In this document: positions 46,231 to 56,825 of the stretch, piece after piece
How the letters are laid out: each line of letters opens with the position of its first letter
Position numbering within the stretch: position 1 is the stretch's first letter
DNA from: an uncultured Gammaproteobacteria bacterium
GTDB taxonomy: Bacteria; Pseudomonadota; Gammaproteobacteria; JACCXJ01
Reading direction: 5' to 3'
DNA length: 64,000 bases
Assembly (NCBI GenBank): GCA_963764725.1
Contig: CAVXTM010000018.1
Location: 64,001-128,000 of the forward strand
Position numbers and translations under genes: made by a program
Notes under the pieces: model-generated
Seen by the model: only the letters and a program-made list of their open reading frames with translations
The model's database searches: none
Told to the model about the DNA's origin: nothing

Positions 46231-46764
46231 CTAATCCTCCGCTAACGCCTTCGGGACCCTATGCGTCTCGATCTGGCCGCACCCCGGCTGTAAACCGGCC
46301 CACGATTCGGGTAAGCGGATGCCGACGACGGCGCCGGTCGGCATGAGCTTTCCCTGCGTCGGCAACCCGCCCGTGCCTGCGGCGAGATAAACAACCAATG
46401 CTTCCAAGCCCGGGTTATGGCCCACCAGCAATAGCCGTTGGGTTTTCTTTGGACAACTGGCAAGGACCTTCAGTAAGGTCGTGACCTCTGCGCCGTAGAT
46501 CGCGGGCTCCCAATGAATCTGGCCCTTCTTGATATCGAGCACCTCGCAGACCAGGAGGCAGGTCTGGCGCGCGCGCACGGCCGGTGAGCTCACGACCCGG
46601 TCCGGGATCAACGCTTGCTCGCGCAACCAGCGCCCCATGCGCGGCGCGTCTCGCTCCCCGCGCTTCGCTAAGGGGCGGTCAAAGTCCGATCCGGGGCCGC
46701 TGTCCCAGGCGGATTTCGCGTGCCGCATCACCAGTAAGCGCCGCGCTGCAGGCGAAATCGTCAT
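46231..46764 (-). CDS. Phosphohistidine phosphatase SixA family
   Basis: MRHAKS, SSPA.RA.QT, VGHNP. Confidence 0.88.
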   Translation of the reverse strand: MTISPAARRLLVMRHAKSAWDSGPGSDFDRPLAKRGERDAPRMGRWLREQALIPDRVVSSPAVRARQTCLLVCEVLDIKKGQIHWEPAIYGAEVTTLLKVLASCPKKTQRLLLVGHNPGLEALVVYLAAGTGGLPTQGKLMPTGAVVGIRLPESWAGLQPGCGQIETHRVPKALAED

Positions 46765-47960
46765 CGCACGCGCGCCTCGCCATGCTGCTCGGCCTCTTCA
46801 CGCCCGCAAGCACCGGCGCCGTTCACCCACTGGTCCCGATAGTCAAGGTAATCGTAGCGCTTCTTGAGCACGATCCTGCCCGTGCTTTCCTTGGCATAGA
46901 TTCCTGGGAGATTGATCCCATTGAAGCGCGAAGCCTTGACCAGGCTATAGGCACCGATGCCGTCGAACGTGATCCGATCGCCCACCCCGAGCAGCTCGCT
47001 GAATTCGTAGTCCCCGAAGAGGTCGCCCGCAAGGCAGCTCGAGCCGGCGATGAGGTACCGATACCGCCCGCCGCGTACCGCTTCCCGCAAGGCCGGGCTC
47101 GTCTGATATTCGAACACTTCCGGCAGATGCGCGACGGTGGTGTCCAAGACAGCCACTTGGCGGCCTTCGCTAGGGAACACATCGACCACGCTAGCGATGA
47201 GACAGGCCCCTTCTCCGACCACGGCCTTACCGGGTTCAAACAGCACTTCCAACCCATAGCGCCGTTGCAAACCTCCCACGATGCGCGCGAATTCTTCGAC
47301 CGCTTCCGGCCGATCGACATAATAACCGCCGCCGAGATTGATCCACTCGAGCCTCCCCAGCCATGCGCCGAGCACTTTCTCGACCCGTACGAGCGTGGCG
47401 GCGAGCGGGCTGAGATCGCGCGCCGCGTGCATGGTGTGAAAGTGGACACCGCTGAGCCCGGCAAGATCAGCGCCGCCTGCGTCCAAAGCGCTCCTAACGA
47501 CGCCGAGCGCGGCGCCGAGTTTGGAATACGGCCGACAGGGGTCATAGCGCGGATCGCCGAGATGCGAGACACCGGGATTGATGCGCAATCCCCGGCGCCC
47601 GCCCGCGAGCTGCCCGCGCTCGCGGCAGCGCTGCCATTGCGCGAGGGAATTAAAGCTTACATAGTCGCAGCGCCGGGTGATTTCGGGCACCTCGTCCGCT
47701 CTCAATCCGGGGGTCGTGATGTGAATCACGCCCTTATCGGTGAGCACCTCGCGCGCTAACCTGGCCTCGAACAAGGAGCTCACGGAGAACCCGTCGAGCA
47801 GCGGCCGCAGGCACTCGAGGATATCGACGAACGGTAAGGCTTTGATGGAGAATAAGAGCTTGAAACCCCTCTCCTCGCGGAGGGGCGCGAGCCAAGACAA
47901 GGCCCGGCGCAGAGCTGCTTCGTCGTAAACAAAGGCGGGAGTAAGGATAGAGACACTCAT
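46761..47960 (-). CDS. PLP decarboxylase, carboxynorspermidine decarboxylase-like
   Basis: YDPCRPYSKLG, NLGGG, EPGKA, SCLAGD, FNGI.LP. Confidence 0.8.
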   Translation of the reverse strand: MSVSILTPAFVYDEAALRRALSWLAPLREERGFKLLFSIKALPFVDILECLRPLLDGFSVSSLFEARLAREVLTDKGVIHITTPGLRADEVPEITRRCDYVSFNSLAQWQRCRERGQLAGGRRGLRINPGVSHLGDPRYDPCRPYSKLGAALGVVRSALDAGGADLAGLSGVHFHTMHAARDLSPLAATLVRVEKVLGAWLGRLEWINLGGGYYVDRPEAVEEFARIVGGLQRRYGLEVLFEPGKAVVGEGACLIASVVDVFPSEGRQVAVLDTTVAHLPEVFEYQTSPALREAVRGGRYRYLIAGSSCLAGDLFGDYEFSELLGVGDRITFDGIGAYSLVKASRFNGINLPGIYAKESTGRIVLKKRYDYLDYRDQWVNGAGACGREEAEQHGEARVR

Positions 47961-48087
47961 GCAACCGATGACCTGTGTGGTAAGACGCTCATATTACGCA
48001 CGCTAGAAAACGCGGACCAAAAGATAACACAGCATGAGGGACCGTGCGCCGTTAAGCGGCATGCTCTGAACCCATCAGCACTCGTGA

Positions 48088-49248
48088 ATGACGGAGAACC
48101 CAATGCCCGAGAGCCCGCTTGACGATAACGCGCGACCCGCCCCCATCGCGGTGAGCGCCGCATTCAAGAACCTCAGCCTGGCCGCGATCGCCCACGTCAA
48201 TCACGGCGAGGAGATCCGCGTCCGGCCGATCATGGATGGGACTCAAGACCTATTCGAGAAAACCTTGCGGCTTTTGGATCAACACCAGGCGCCGGCCGAA
48301 GCCCCGGCGAACGCCGAGGCGCCGGAGCCGGACCGTTTCATACCGGAACACCAAGACCTTCGAAAACGCTTCCTCTACGCCGAGGCCGTCGGCGGTTATG
48401 CGACGCTGAGCGATCTCATCGACTCCTACTCGCCGGGCTACAAATTCTATGACCAATTCGACAAGAACGGCGCGGATGCGACCCTGACCCCCGCCACGGT
48501 TCGGACCCTGGAGAGCTACTTCGCGCGCATGAGCGACGCGCTAGCGCACGCCCACGACTATCTCCATAAACACGCCGCGCAGGATTTTGACCACGCGGAC
48601 ATCGGCGAGCTGCACGAGATCATGATCCGATCCCGCGAGCGCGCGCGGAAAGTATCCGCCATTCTGGGCCATCATCTAATGCAAGAGATCGAGCGCGCGG
48701 TGCAGATGTTAAACGCGATCTGTGAGAAGATCCGCACAGTCGAGAAGGGGATCAACGGCATCTTTCTGGTCGAAAGTGAGATCATGTTTGTGCCGGCGAC
48801 CGATCTCATCGAATGCATCAATAACATTTTTAAGGGCGTGGGTAACCCTTACCTCACGAGCAAGATCGACGGGCTGCTGTTGCTTGCGGCCAGAAACCTG
48901 ATGATCGAGGTGGTTTCGTTTTATTCCTACTACGGCAAGGAACAAATCTATCATAGCTATAAGAAAAGCGGCGGCAGGCTCGGTAACTCCACGATCAGCC
49001 GTGTCATCCGCAAGGAGATGAAGACCGTGTTCGATGCCTGTAAGGAGAAAAACAAACTGGTATTAATCCGCGTGATGAAGGGGGCCGAGCGCAGCTTCGA
49101 GCTGTCGATCGAGGCTATCCAGCGCGAGGCGGAGCGCACCGCCGTACAAGCCGTGCGAGCCATCCTGCCCGCACCCGCACCCCTCGGCCCGCCGGCACCG
49201 AAACGCGGTTGGCTGCAAACCCTGCTGGCACGCTTATTCGGCCGCTGA
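48088..49248 (+). CDS. Hypothetical helical protein
   Basis: 386-codon ORF filling the gap between two genes; no recognised motif. Confidence 0.7.
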   Translation: MTENPMPESPLDDNARPAPIAVSAAFKNLSLAAIAHVNHGEEIRVRPIMDGTQDLFEKTLRLLDQHQAPAEAPANAEAPEPDRFIPEHQDLRKRFLYAEAVGGYATLSDLIDSYSPGYKFYDQFDKNGADATLTPATVRTLESYFARMSDALAHAHDYLHKHAAQDFDHADIGELHEIMIRSRERARKVSAILGHHLMQEIERAVQMLNAICEKIRTVEKGINGIFLVESEIMFVPATDLIECINNIFKGVGNPYLTSKIDGLLLLAARNLMIEVVSFYSYYGKEQIYHSYKKSGGRLGNSTISRVIRKEMKTVFDACKEKNKLVLIRVMKGAERSFELSIEAIQREAERTAVQAVRAILPAPAPLGPPAPKRGWLQTLLARLFGR

Positions 49249-49293
49249 CCGGCCCCGCGGCTCGCCACCGGAACACTCCGGTCCGCCGAACCC

Positions 49294-50223
49294 ATGCCAG
49301 CCCTCTCGATCAAAAACCTGCACAAGACCTACAAAAACGGTTTTCAAGCCTTAAAAGGCATCGATCTAGAGGTAGAAAGCGGTGATTTTTTTGCCTTGCT
49401 CGGCCCAAACGGCGCGGGCAAGTCGACGACTATCGGAATCATCACCGGCCTGGTCATCAAGTCCGGCGGATCGGTAAGCGTCTACGGGCATAACATCGAG
49501 GATGAGATCGAGGCGGCCAAGACACACATCGGACTCGTGCCCCAAGAGATCAATTTCTCCCAATTCGAACCGGTCATCGATATCGTCGTCAACCAAGCCG
49601 GTTACTATGGCCTGGAACGCACCCTTGCTAAACAACGCGCCGCAAAGTACTTGAAGGCGCTAGGGCTGTGGGAGAAACGAAATGATCGCTCTCGTACACT
49701 GTCGGGGGGCATGAAGCGGCGGCTGATGATCGCTCGGGCGCTGGTGCACGAGCCCAAGCTTCTCATCCTGGATGAACCAACGGCGGGCGTGGACATCGAG
49801 CTGCGGCGTTCGATGTGGGAATTTCTGCGCGCAACCAATCTTGAAGGCACGACGATTATCTTGACCACGCACTATCTGGAAGAGGCCGAGCGCCTGTGCC
49901 GCAAAATCGCCATCATCGACCAAGGGGAAATCATAGAAAATACGTCGATGAAGCGCCTGCTGGCGCAGCTCAACATGGAGACCTTCGTCTTGGACATTCG
50001 CCAGCATCTCATAGAGCCTCCCCTCGTCAACGGCTACCATCTGCGCTTTGTCGATGAGACCACGCTCGAGGTCGATGTCAGCAAGGCCTTGGGTATCAAT
50101 GAGCTGTTTCGTGGCCTCTCCGAACGGGGAGTCGAGGTTGTCAGCATGCGCAACAAGGCCAACCGGCTCGAAGAGCTCTTCATGCGCTTACTCGACAAGT
50201 CCGCTAATAATTCCCATGCTTAG
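49294..50223 (+). CDS. ABC transporter ATP-binding protein (YadG-like)
   Basis: GPNGAGKST, LSGGMKRR, LDEPTAGVD. Confidence 0.92.
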   Translation: MPALSIKNLHKTYKNGFQALKGIDLEVESGDFFALLGPNGAGKSTTIGIITGLVIKSGGSVSVYGHNIEDEIEAAKTHIGLVPQEINFSQFEPVIDIVVNQAGYYGLERTLAKQRAAKYLKALGLWEKRNDRSRTLSGGMKRRLMIARALVHEPKLLILDEPTAGVDIELRRSMWEFLRATNLEGTTIILTTHYLEEAERLCRKIAIIDQGEIIENTSMKRLLAQLNMETFVLDIRQHLIEPPLVNGYHLRFVDETTLEVDVSKALGINELFRGLSERGVEVVSMRNKANRLEELFMRLLDKSANNSHA

Positions 50224-50998
50224 CGGCGCAGCGCGGCGCTACGCCATCGCCTATCGCACCATCGTCATCAAAGAGGTTGTGCGGTTTCTGCGGATTTGGG
50301 TGCAAACGATTCTGCCCGCGGCCATCACCATGACCCTGTATTTTCTTATTTTCGGGAACCTCATCGGTCCGCGCATCGGCGCGATGGAAGGTTTCCGCTA
50401 TGTGCAATACATTGCGCCCGGAATCATCATGATGGCGGTCATCACGAATTCCTACGCCAACGTCGTATCGTCGTTCTTCGGCTCCAAGTTTCAAAAGCAT
50501 ATCGAGGAGATGCTGGTCGCACCCATCCCGAACTGGATCATCATGGCCGGATTCGTCACCGGTGGCGTCGCGCGCGGATTATGTGTCGGTATCGTAGTCA
50601 CGGCCGTCGCGCTCGTCTTTACCGATCTCCACGTTCACTCCCTCACCGTGATGGCCTCCACGATCCTGCTCACGGCCATGCTGCTTTCGCTGGGCGGACT
50701 CATCAACGGGCTGTTCGCCCGTAACTTCGACGACACCTCGATTATACCCACCTTCGTGCTCACGCCGCTCACCTATCTCGGCGGGGTCTTCTATTCCATC
50801 AACCTCCTGCCCGAAACGTGGCAGATAGTCTCCTTCGGGAATCCGATTCTCTATATGGTCAACGCCTTCCGCTATGGGGTGTTGGGCGTGTCCGACATCC
50901 CCTTGCCCGCCGCTTATGGGGTGATCCTCCTTTTGATTGCTGCACTCTGGTGGTTCAGCTTACGTTTGTTCAATCAGGGGATCGGGATAAGGACTTGA
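50216..50998 (+). CDS. ABC-2 permease (YadH-like)
   Basis: RFLRIWVQT, NSYANV.SSFF, LTPLTYLGGVFYS. Confidence 0.9.
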   Translation: MLSGAARRYAIAYRTIVIKEVVRFLRIWVQTILPAAITMTLYFLIFGNLIGPRIGAMEGFRYVQYIAPGIIMMAVITNSYANVVSSFFGSKFQKHIEEMLVAPIPNWIIMAGFVTGGVARGLCVGIVVTAVALVFTDLHVHSLTVMASTILLTAMLLSLGGLINGLFARNFDDTSIIPTFVLTPLTYLGGVFYSINLLPETWQIVSFGNPILYMVNAFRYGVLGVSDIPLPAAYGVILLLIAALWWFSLRLFNQGIGIRT

Positions 50999-51100
50999 TG
51001 GTGCCACATGCGCGCGCGCCGACTACGTCTCCAGAGGACCGGTCCCGTGGAAATTCCTTGGGCCGTCCATCCCGATCCGGACGGTAGCCGCAAACGCGAC

Positions 51101-51820
51101 ATGGCGCGGCGAAAGTATGCTGGGTGGCGAACGCCGATGCGTGTCCTGCGCAGCGCCCTGCTCGCCTTTTTCCTGATCCCCGTGCTCCTCGTGCTGTGCC
51201 TGCGCTGGTTCGATCCGTGGGTGACGAGCTTCATGCTGCGCGATCTCACGCTGGCCCTTGTCGAAGGGCGCGAGGATCATGCTTTTCACTACCGCTGGGT
51301 TGATTGGCATAAGATTTCTCCGCATGCGAAGCTCGCCGTGGTGGCCTCGGAGGATCAGAAGTTTCCTCGGCACTTCGGTTTCGACCTCGATGCCATCGCG
51401 CAGGTCTGGCGCGGTAACCGGCTCGGCGGCCACATGCGCGGGGCAAGCACCATCTCCCAGCAACTCGCGAAGAATCTGTTTCTCTGGCCCGGGAAAAGTT
51501 ATCTGCGCAAAGGCCTCGAGGCTTATCTCACGATATTAATCGAAACGCTCTTACCCAAGCGCCGGATCCTGGAAGTGTATCTCAACGTGGTTCAGTTCGG
51601 GGACGGTGTCTTCGGGATCCGGGCCGCGAGCGAGACGTACTTCGGCAAACCACCTGCTATGCTGGCCGCGCGTGAGGCCGCGCTCCTTGCGGCGGTGTTG
51701 CCGAATCCCGAGCGCTACCGCGCCGCGCCGCGCCCCTCGCGGCATGTTCAGGCCCGCCAGACATGGATCTTAAGGCAGATGACGCGCCTCGGCGGGAGCG
51801 CATACCTGGCGCAGTTGTAA
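51101..51820 (+). CDS. mtgA: Monofunctional peptidoglycan transglycosylase
   Basis: [33 protein letters not shown]. Confidence 0.92.
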   Translation: MARRKYAGWRTPMRVLRSALLAFFLIPVLLVLCLRWFDPWVTSFMLRDLTLALVEGREDHAFHYRWVDWHKISPHAKLAVVASEDQKFPRHFGFDLDAIAQVWRGNRLGGHMRGASTISQQLAKNLFLWPGKSYLRKGLEAYLTILIETLLPKRRILEVYLNVVQFGDGVFGIRAASETYFGKPPAMLAAREAALLAAVLPNPERYRAAPRPSRHVQARQTWILRQMTRLGGSAYLAQL

Positions 51821-51840
51821 GGGATGCTCGAGGTAAGCTA

Positions 51841-52662
51841 ATGCAACGCGCTATATCCCTAACCCCTCGACCTCCCGTGGCGATGACACTCTGCCTTCTG
51901 ATCGCGTTGATCCAAACGTCTTTGGCCGCGCCGATCGAGGTACGACTCCACTATGTCGGCGCGCGCGAGGACGCGGCCTTTCTCGGCGTCTCCCAGGGGC
52001 TGGAAGAGGCCAACCTTCAGGGCGGGTTTTTAGGTCAGCGTTACGTGTTGGACGTCGAGCGCGACACACCGGTCCGGCTCACCGCTATCCTGGCGGCGAT
52101 CGAGGAGGAGGCGCTCGTTGCCCTTGCCGGGCAGCATCCCGGCATACCGGTGTTTAATCTTAGCTCGGAGACCGACGCGCTGCGTGATAAATGCCTTACT
52201 AACCTGCTGCACGTTATTCCTAGCCGCGAGATGAAACGCGATGCGCTGGCCCAATGGCGTAAACTGCACCCCGGGTCGAAGGCGCTTGCGCAGGCTTGGC
52301 ATCCGGAATTCAAAAAATACTCCGCCGAGCAGCTCAGCAAGCGGTTTCTGAAGGCGCGCGGACAGGCCATGGACGATGGCGCCTGGGCCGGTTGGGCCGC
52401 AGTCAAGCTGCTCTCCGATAGCGTGGCGCGGCTCGGAACGGCGGAACCGGAAAGTTTACTCGACTATATTAGGACCGAGCTTGCTTTCGATGGACAAAAG
52501 GGGATCGATATGAACTTCCGGCCGAACGGCCAGTTGCGGCAACCGTTGTTCCTCGTGGAAGGCGGCAAGATCGCCGGCGAAGCCCCGGTCAAGGATGTGG
52601 TGGATATCGAAGATCTCGACAGCCTCGGAAGCAGCGCCTGCCCGCAACCGGATAGTCAATAA
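51841..52662 (+). CDS. ABC substrate-binding-like protein of PQQ-dehydrogenase clusters
   Basis: EEAN.QG.FLGQ.Y, AWAGWAAVK, FDGQKG..FR.NGQLRQP. Confidence 0.6.
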   Translation: MQRAISLTPRPPVAMTLCLLIALIQTSLAAPIEVRLHYVGAREDAAFLGVSQGLEEANLQGGFLGQRYVLDVERDTPVRLTAILAAIEEEALVALAGQHPGIPVFNLSSETDALRDKCLTNLLHVIPSREMKRDALAQWRKLHPGSKALAQAWHPEFKKYSAEQLSKRFLKARGQAMDDGAWAGWAAVKLLSDSVARLGTAEPESLLDYIRTELAFDGQKGIDMNFRPNGQLRQPLFLVEGGKIAGEAPVKDVVDIEDLDSLGSSACPQPDSQ

Positions 52663-52680
52663 TCATAGGAGAGTTCGTTC

Positions 52681-53628
52681 ATGAAAGCGTTTTTCATACT
52701 CGTGCTGATCACCTACGTTTCATCGGCCTCGGGCGCACCGACCGGGCGAGTATTCGTCACCAATGAACGCGGTAATACGGTCTCGGTCATCTCCGGTGGA
52801 ACGCTAAGAGTCGAAGCCACGATCGCGGTCGGCAAGCAACCTCGCGGGATCGGGATCGCCCCGGATGGAAGCGCCCTGTACGTAGCGCTCGGGCGGGAAA
52901 ATGCGATCGCGGTTATCGATCCGAAGACCCTGAAGGTGCTGCGTAAGATCCCCTCGGGCGATGATCCGGAAGCCTTCGGCGTGCATCCGAACGGCAACAT
53001 CTATATTTCCAACGAAGATGCTGCCAAGGCCTCGGTGATCGATCCGGCGAGCGCTAAGGTCATCGCCGAGATCCCGGTGGGTCTCGAACCCGAAGGCGTC
53101 GCTATTTCCCCCGATGGCAAGCAAGTGATCGTAACCAGCGAATCGACCAACATGCTGCACATCATTGCCGTACCGGAGCACAAAGTGGTCGCGAACATCT
53201 TGGTGGGCGCGCGCCCGCGCGCCGCGGTTTTCGCGCGCGACGGGAAAACCGCCTACGCGACCTCCGAAATCGGCGGTGAGGTCAAACGGGTGGACATGGT
53301 GGCCCACAAGGTACTGAATAAGGTGCCGCTCGGAGATGACAAGATCAAGCCCAAGGACGTGCTGCTCAGCAGGGACGAGGCGACGCTCTATGTCGCCGGC
53401 GGCCGCGCTGACCAGATCATCGTCCTCGATGCAAAGACCTTACAGGTCAGGACCCGCATCCCCGTAGGCGAACGGGTGTGGGGCCTGGCCCTGACGCGTG
53501 ACGGGCGCCGTCTTTATTGCACCAATGGTGTCAGTAACAGTGTCTCGGTGATCGACACCGCCACCGACAAAGTAATACAAACGATCGCCGTGGGCGAGGC
53601 ACCTTGGGGGGTCGTCATCGACGACTGA
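52681..53628 (+). CDS. YVTN beta-propeller protein (PQQ-catabolism-associated type)
   Basis: FVTNE, VG..PRG, PEG repeats; signal peptide. Confidence 0.8.
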   Translation: MKAFFILVLITYVSSASGAPTGRVFVTNERGNTVSVISGGTLRVEATIAVGKQPRGIGIAPDGSALYVALGRENAIAVIDPKTLKVLRKIPSGDDPEAFGVHPNGNIYISNEDAAKASVIDPASAKVIAEIPVGLEPEGVAISPDGKQVIVTSESTNMLHIIAVPEHKVVANILVGARPRAAVFARDGKTAYATSEIGGEVKRVDMVAHKVLNKVPLGDDKIKPKDVLLSRDEATLYVAGGRADQIIVLDAKTLQVRTRIPVGERVWGLALTRDGRRLYCTNGVSNSVSVIDTATDKVIQTIAVGEAPWGVVIDD

Positions 53629-53650
53629 AAAAACTCACTCGCGATCGCCT

Positions 53651-54847
53651 TTATGCCGCTTTGTTCAGCGTATTCGCCCAAGCAACGCTTGCGAGATAGA
53701 TCTGCCCGATTTGGTAGACCTTGAGGTTCTGGTAGGTTACTTGATCCAGATTCCAGCTCTCGTAATTAACGACGCAATCGAGCGCCTGCCCGGCATCGCC
53801 TGTCCTGTAGACGAGGGCATTCGTAATTTCCTCGGAAAGCGGTAAATCATGCGCGATTTGCTCCAGCGGAGCATCCAACATCTCATCCAACAGAGACAGC
53901 AAGCCCACCAGGAAATACTGTTCCGAGGGTTTGTCGCATTGCAGCGCCAGAAGTTCGCACATCTTGGCGCGAATTAACGCAATGAAGGTCAATTCGTCAG
54001 GTGAATACGGCGCCGTGGTCAAGGAAAGCAGGTCGGCCCAACGGCGGATGTCCGCAGCGCCGAGGCGGGTAAGCGCCTGCCGGATCGAGTCGATGTCGCG
54101 CCGCGTGTCATGCGACTCCGCGTTCGCGTAGCGTAACAGTTTATAGCTCAGCGCCACGTCCAAGGACACGGCTTGCGAAAGCGCGTCGATATCGAGGGCC
54201 GGCGCCTCGATCGCGGCGAGCACCTGGACGATGGCCCGATGATGGGTTTCCAGGCGGCGGCCGCGCATGATCTTGGGCCGATCAAAGTGAAACCCTTGAA
54301 AGTACTCGAATCCGAGCTCGCGGTATAGGGTGTACTGGTCATCCGACTCGACCTTTTCGGCAAGCAATTTGGCCCGATAAGGCTGGAGCAGTTTGATCAG
54401 ATCCGCGAGCTCCTGAGGGGATTGCTGCAGAATATCAATCTTGATGATGTCCGCGACCTCAATGAGCGGCCGCCACATCTCCGAAAAGACGAAATCGTCC
54501 AGTGCGATGTGGTAGCCTTGGCGCGCCAGATTCTGGACGGCCATCACCACCGGTGTGTCGATGCGGACGGTTTCCAGGACCTCCACGACGACCCGGTCCT
54601 TCGGTAACAACAACGGCACGCCATCGATCAAGTTTCGCCGCGCGAAGTTGATAAAGGCGCGATGCGGCCCAACCAACCGATCGAGCCCCTGCTCAAGCAA
54701 TGCATCGACGACCACTTGATTGCTGACGAGGGCGCCCACCATCGTGTCGGCCGGATCGACGGTGACATCGCGAACCAGGAGCTCATAGCCGAACACGCGT
54801 AAATCACGGTCGAAGATCTGCTGGCGGCCTATTACGAAATCCGGCAT
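53651..54847 (-). CDS. EAL + HDOD domain protein
   Basis: RQQIFD, YELL, ALDDF, LAEKVE, SYKLLRY.N. Confidence 0.88.
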   Translation of the reverse strand: MPDFVIGRQQIFDRDLRVFGYELLVRDVTVDPADTMVGALVSNQVVVDALLEQGLDRLVGPHRAFINFARRNLIDGVPLLLPKDRVVVEVLETVRIDTPVVMAVQNLARQGYHIALDDFVFSEMWRPLIEVADIIKIDILQQSPQELADLIKLLQPYRAKLLAEKVESDDQYTLYRELGFEYFQGFHFDRPKIMRGRRLETHHRAIVQVLAAIEAPALDIDALSQAVSLDVALSYKLLRYANAESHDTRRDIDSIRQALTRLGAADIRRWADLLSLTTAPYSPDELTFIALIRAKMCELLALQCDKPSEQYFLVGLLSLLDEMLDAPLEQIAHDLPLSEEITNALVYRTGDAGQALDCVVNYESWNLDQVTYQNLKVYQIGQIYLASVAWANTLNKAA

Positions 54848-55030
54848 GGGTGGGTCTCTACATCAACTCGGGTTGCGATTTTTGCACGCTATCCTCGCAT
54901 ATGCTTTAGGATCGCGCCACAATCCCGGAAATTGGCAACCCTTGATCCCTATCCATGCTTTATTTGGATTTCATAGTAAACTTTAAACTATTCATTGCCC
55001 GCGATTGACGAAAATATCAAGGAGACGACC

Positions 55031-55486
55031 ATGCCCGTAGCAAAGCTTAAGGATTTCTTAGACCAAAATCAGGTGAAATACGTCACCATCGCGCATTCGC
55101 GCGCGTTTACGGCCCAAGAGATCGCCCAATCGGCGCATATTCCCGGAAACGAATTAGCCAAAGCCGTAATGGTGAGAACCGACGGCCGTTTGGCCATGGC
55201 GGTTCTGCCGGCGTCGTACCAGATCGACTTTGATCGCCTGCGGCAAGGCGCGGGGGCCTCCAGCGTGGAGCTCGCAAGCGAGAAGGACTTCCAGGATAAA
55301 TTTCCGGGCTGTGAGCTCGGCGCCATGCCGCCGTTCGGGAATCTCTACGCAATGGATGTCTATGTGTCGCAGCGGCTCACCGAGGATCGGTACATCGCCT
55401 TTAGCGCCGGCTCTCATACCGAGCTGATTAAGCTTTCGTACACGGACTATGAGCGCTTGGTCCGTCCCAAAATCATCGACTTTTAG
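55031..55486 (+). CDS. YbaK/EbsC aminoacyl-tRNA editing family protein
   Basis: LAKAV, CELGAMPPFG, AGSH. Confidence 0.88.
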   Translation: MPVAKLKDFLDQNQVKYVTIAHSRAFTAQEIAQSAHIPGNELAKAVMVRTDGRLAMAVLPASYQIDFDRLRQGAGASSVELASEKDFQDKFPGCELGAMPPFGNLYAMDVYVSQRLTEDRYIAFSAGSHTELIKLSYTDYERLVRPKIIDF

Positions 55487-55515
55487 CACCCGGTCGCCGC
55501 GCCTTGCAAAGCACA

Positions 55516-55659
55516 GAGTTTGTGAAGAAATCGTCAGCGAGCGAAGGAAGCTCGTGTTTCGCCGGAGCGGAGGAACCGGAGCGTATATGGAAATACATGA
55601 GGATTCCGAGCACCGCCGGAACGCGAGGTCCCGAGCGCAGTAGATTTATTCGCAAACTC
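55516..55659. mobile_element. MITE, shorter inverted relative of 21253-21462
   Basis: GAGTTTGTGAAGAAATC / GATTTATTCGCAAACTC TIRs; shared core GTATATGGAAATACATGAGGATTCCGAGCACC. Confidence 0.78.
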
Positions 55660-55664
55660 TCAGG

Positions 55665-56747
55665 CTAAGTGCATGAGCCAAGCGGTAACACGATCTCTAT
55701 GAAGATCAGCAGGATGATGATCCACTCGAGGACTTCCATCCGGACCGCCGCCAAGCGATCGGCCATCTTCTCGTAAATGCTTTCGAGGGTATCCAGCTTG
55801 CGCAGAATACTCGAATCCCATTCGGCCAGATGGAAGCGTTGGGACACCAGGCGGTAAACGCGCGCGAGATATTGGTCGCCTAAAAGCTTCAAGGCGTTAT
55901 TTACACCCTCGAATAAGATCGCGCCGTCCACCTGCAGTTGCCCGATGTGCTCGAGATCCGTGCTGGGCCTCAAGACTTTGATAAAGCGTTTGTAGGACCG
56001 GGCAAGGCTGTCATAAGCGTGACCCAAGGCCTGATCAAGGCGCGAGTCTAGGTAGCGCATCTCCACCAGCTCGACGTTGGCGAATTCCAGCACCGCCCGG
56101 ACGTCATCCCCATTGGCATCGAAAAGTATAGAGGCGTGCCAATCGATGATCGCCAGGTCGCCTGGGCCGAAGGAGATGCGATGGGAAATCGCGTCGCTGA
56201 CCTCTTCTTCGGATAACTCACCTCGTTCGGCGCGCAGGATCTGAGCGAGTTGCTGGGCGCGAGACAAATAAAAACCTTTTACGTTGACGGGTTCGCCGAA
56301 GGACTCGATTTCGAAGATCACATAATCTTCTACAAATTCCGCGATGCTTTGGCGATCGACCGCCGCAGCTATGACCTCAAGCAGGCGCTCGACCCGGCGC
56401 CGCGCATCGGCCAATAGCTCGGCGTTGTCATACAGAGTTTCGCTGAGATCGAGCAAGAAGGCGAAGGGCCCGATGAGCGGGATGCTGTAGGCAACCAAAA
56501 CAGCGCCGAAATCGTACAGGACCAGGTCCACGTTGGAACGCGTCTCGATGGCTCCGAGCAGAAGCGGCGCCGTCTCCTCGGAGACTCGCAGCGGTGCGGG
56601 TCGATAGTCAAAATACCGCGGCGCCCGGCGTTTGTGCCGGAGCGCGGCGCGCTCGGTGGCAACGATGCGCTGGGTACGATCGAGATCGATGGCCACCGCC
56701 ACATCGAAGGCGAATAAGGCATAGCAACTACCGCTCTTTATCTCCAT
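55665..56747 (-). CDS. Conserved hypothetical, RMD1/CorA-like C-terminal TM helix
   Basis: LEFAN.EL.E.RY.D, GDQYLARVY, LEWIIILLI. Confidence 0.6.
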   Translation of the reverse strand: MEIKSGSCYALFAFDVAVAIDLDRTQRIVATERAALRHKRRAPRYFDYRPAPLRVSEETAPLLLGAIETRSNVDLVLYDFGAVLVAYSIPLIGPFAFLLDLSETLYDNAELLADARRRVERLLEVIAAAVDRQSIAEFVEDYVIFEIESFGEPVNVKGFYLSRAQQLAQILRAERGELSEEEVSDAISHRISFGPGDLAIIDWHASILFDANGDDVRAVLEFANVELVEMRYLDSRLDQALGHAYDSLARSYKRFIKVLRPSTDLEHIGQLQVDGAILFEGVNNALKLLGDQYLARVYRLVSQRFHLAEWDSSILRKLDTLESIYEKMADRLAAVRMEVLEWIIILLIFIEIVLPLGSCT

Positions 56748-56825
56748 CCGCTGATCGCAATTCAGGCCTATAGCACATTTTGCTCGCTGCCACGGACCGG
56801 ATGCCGTTGCACCGCGAGCCCCTTC

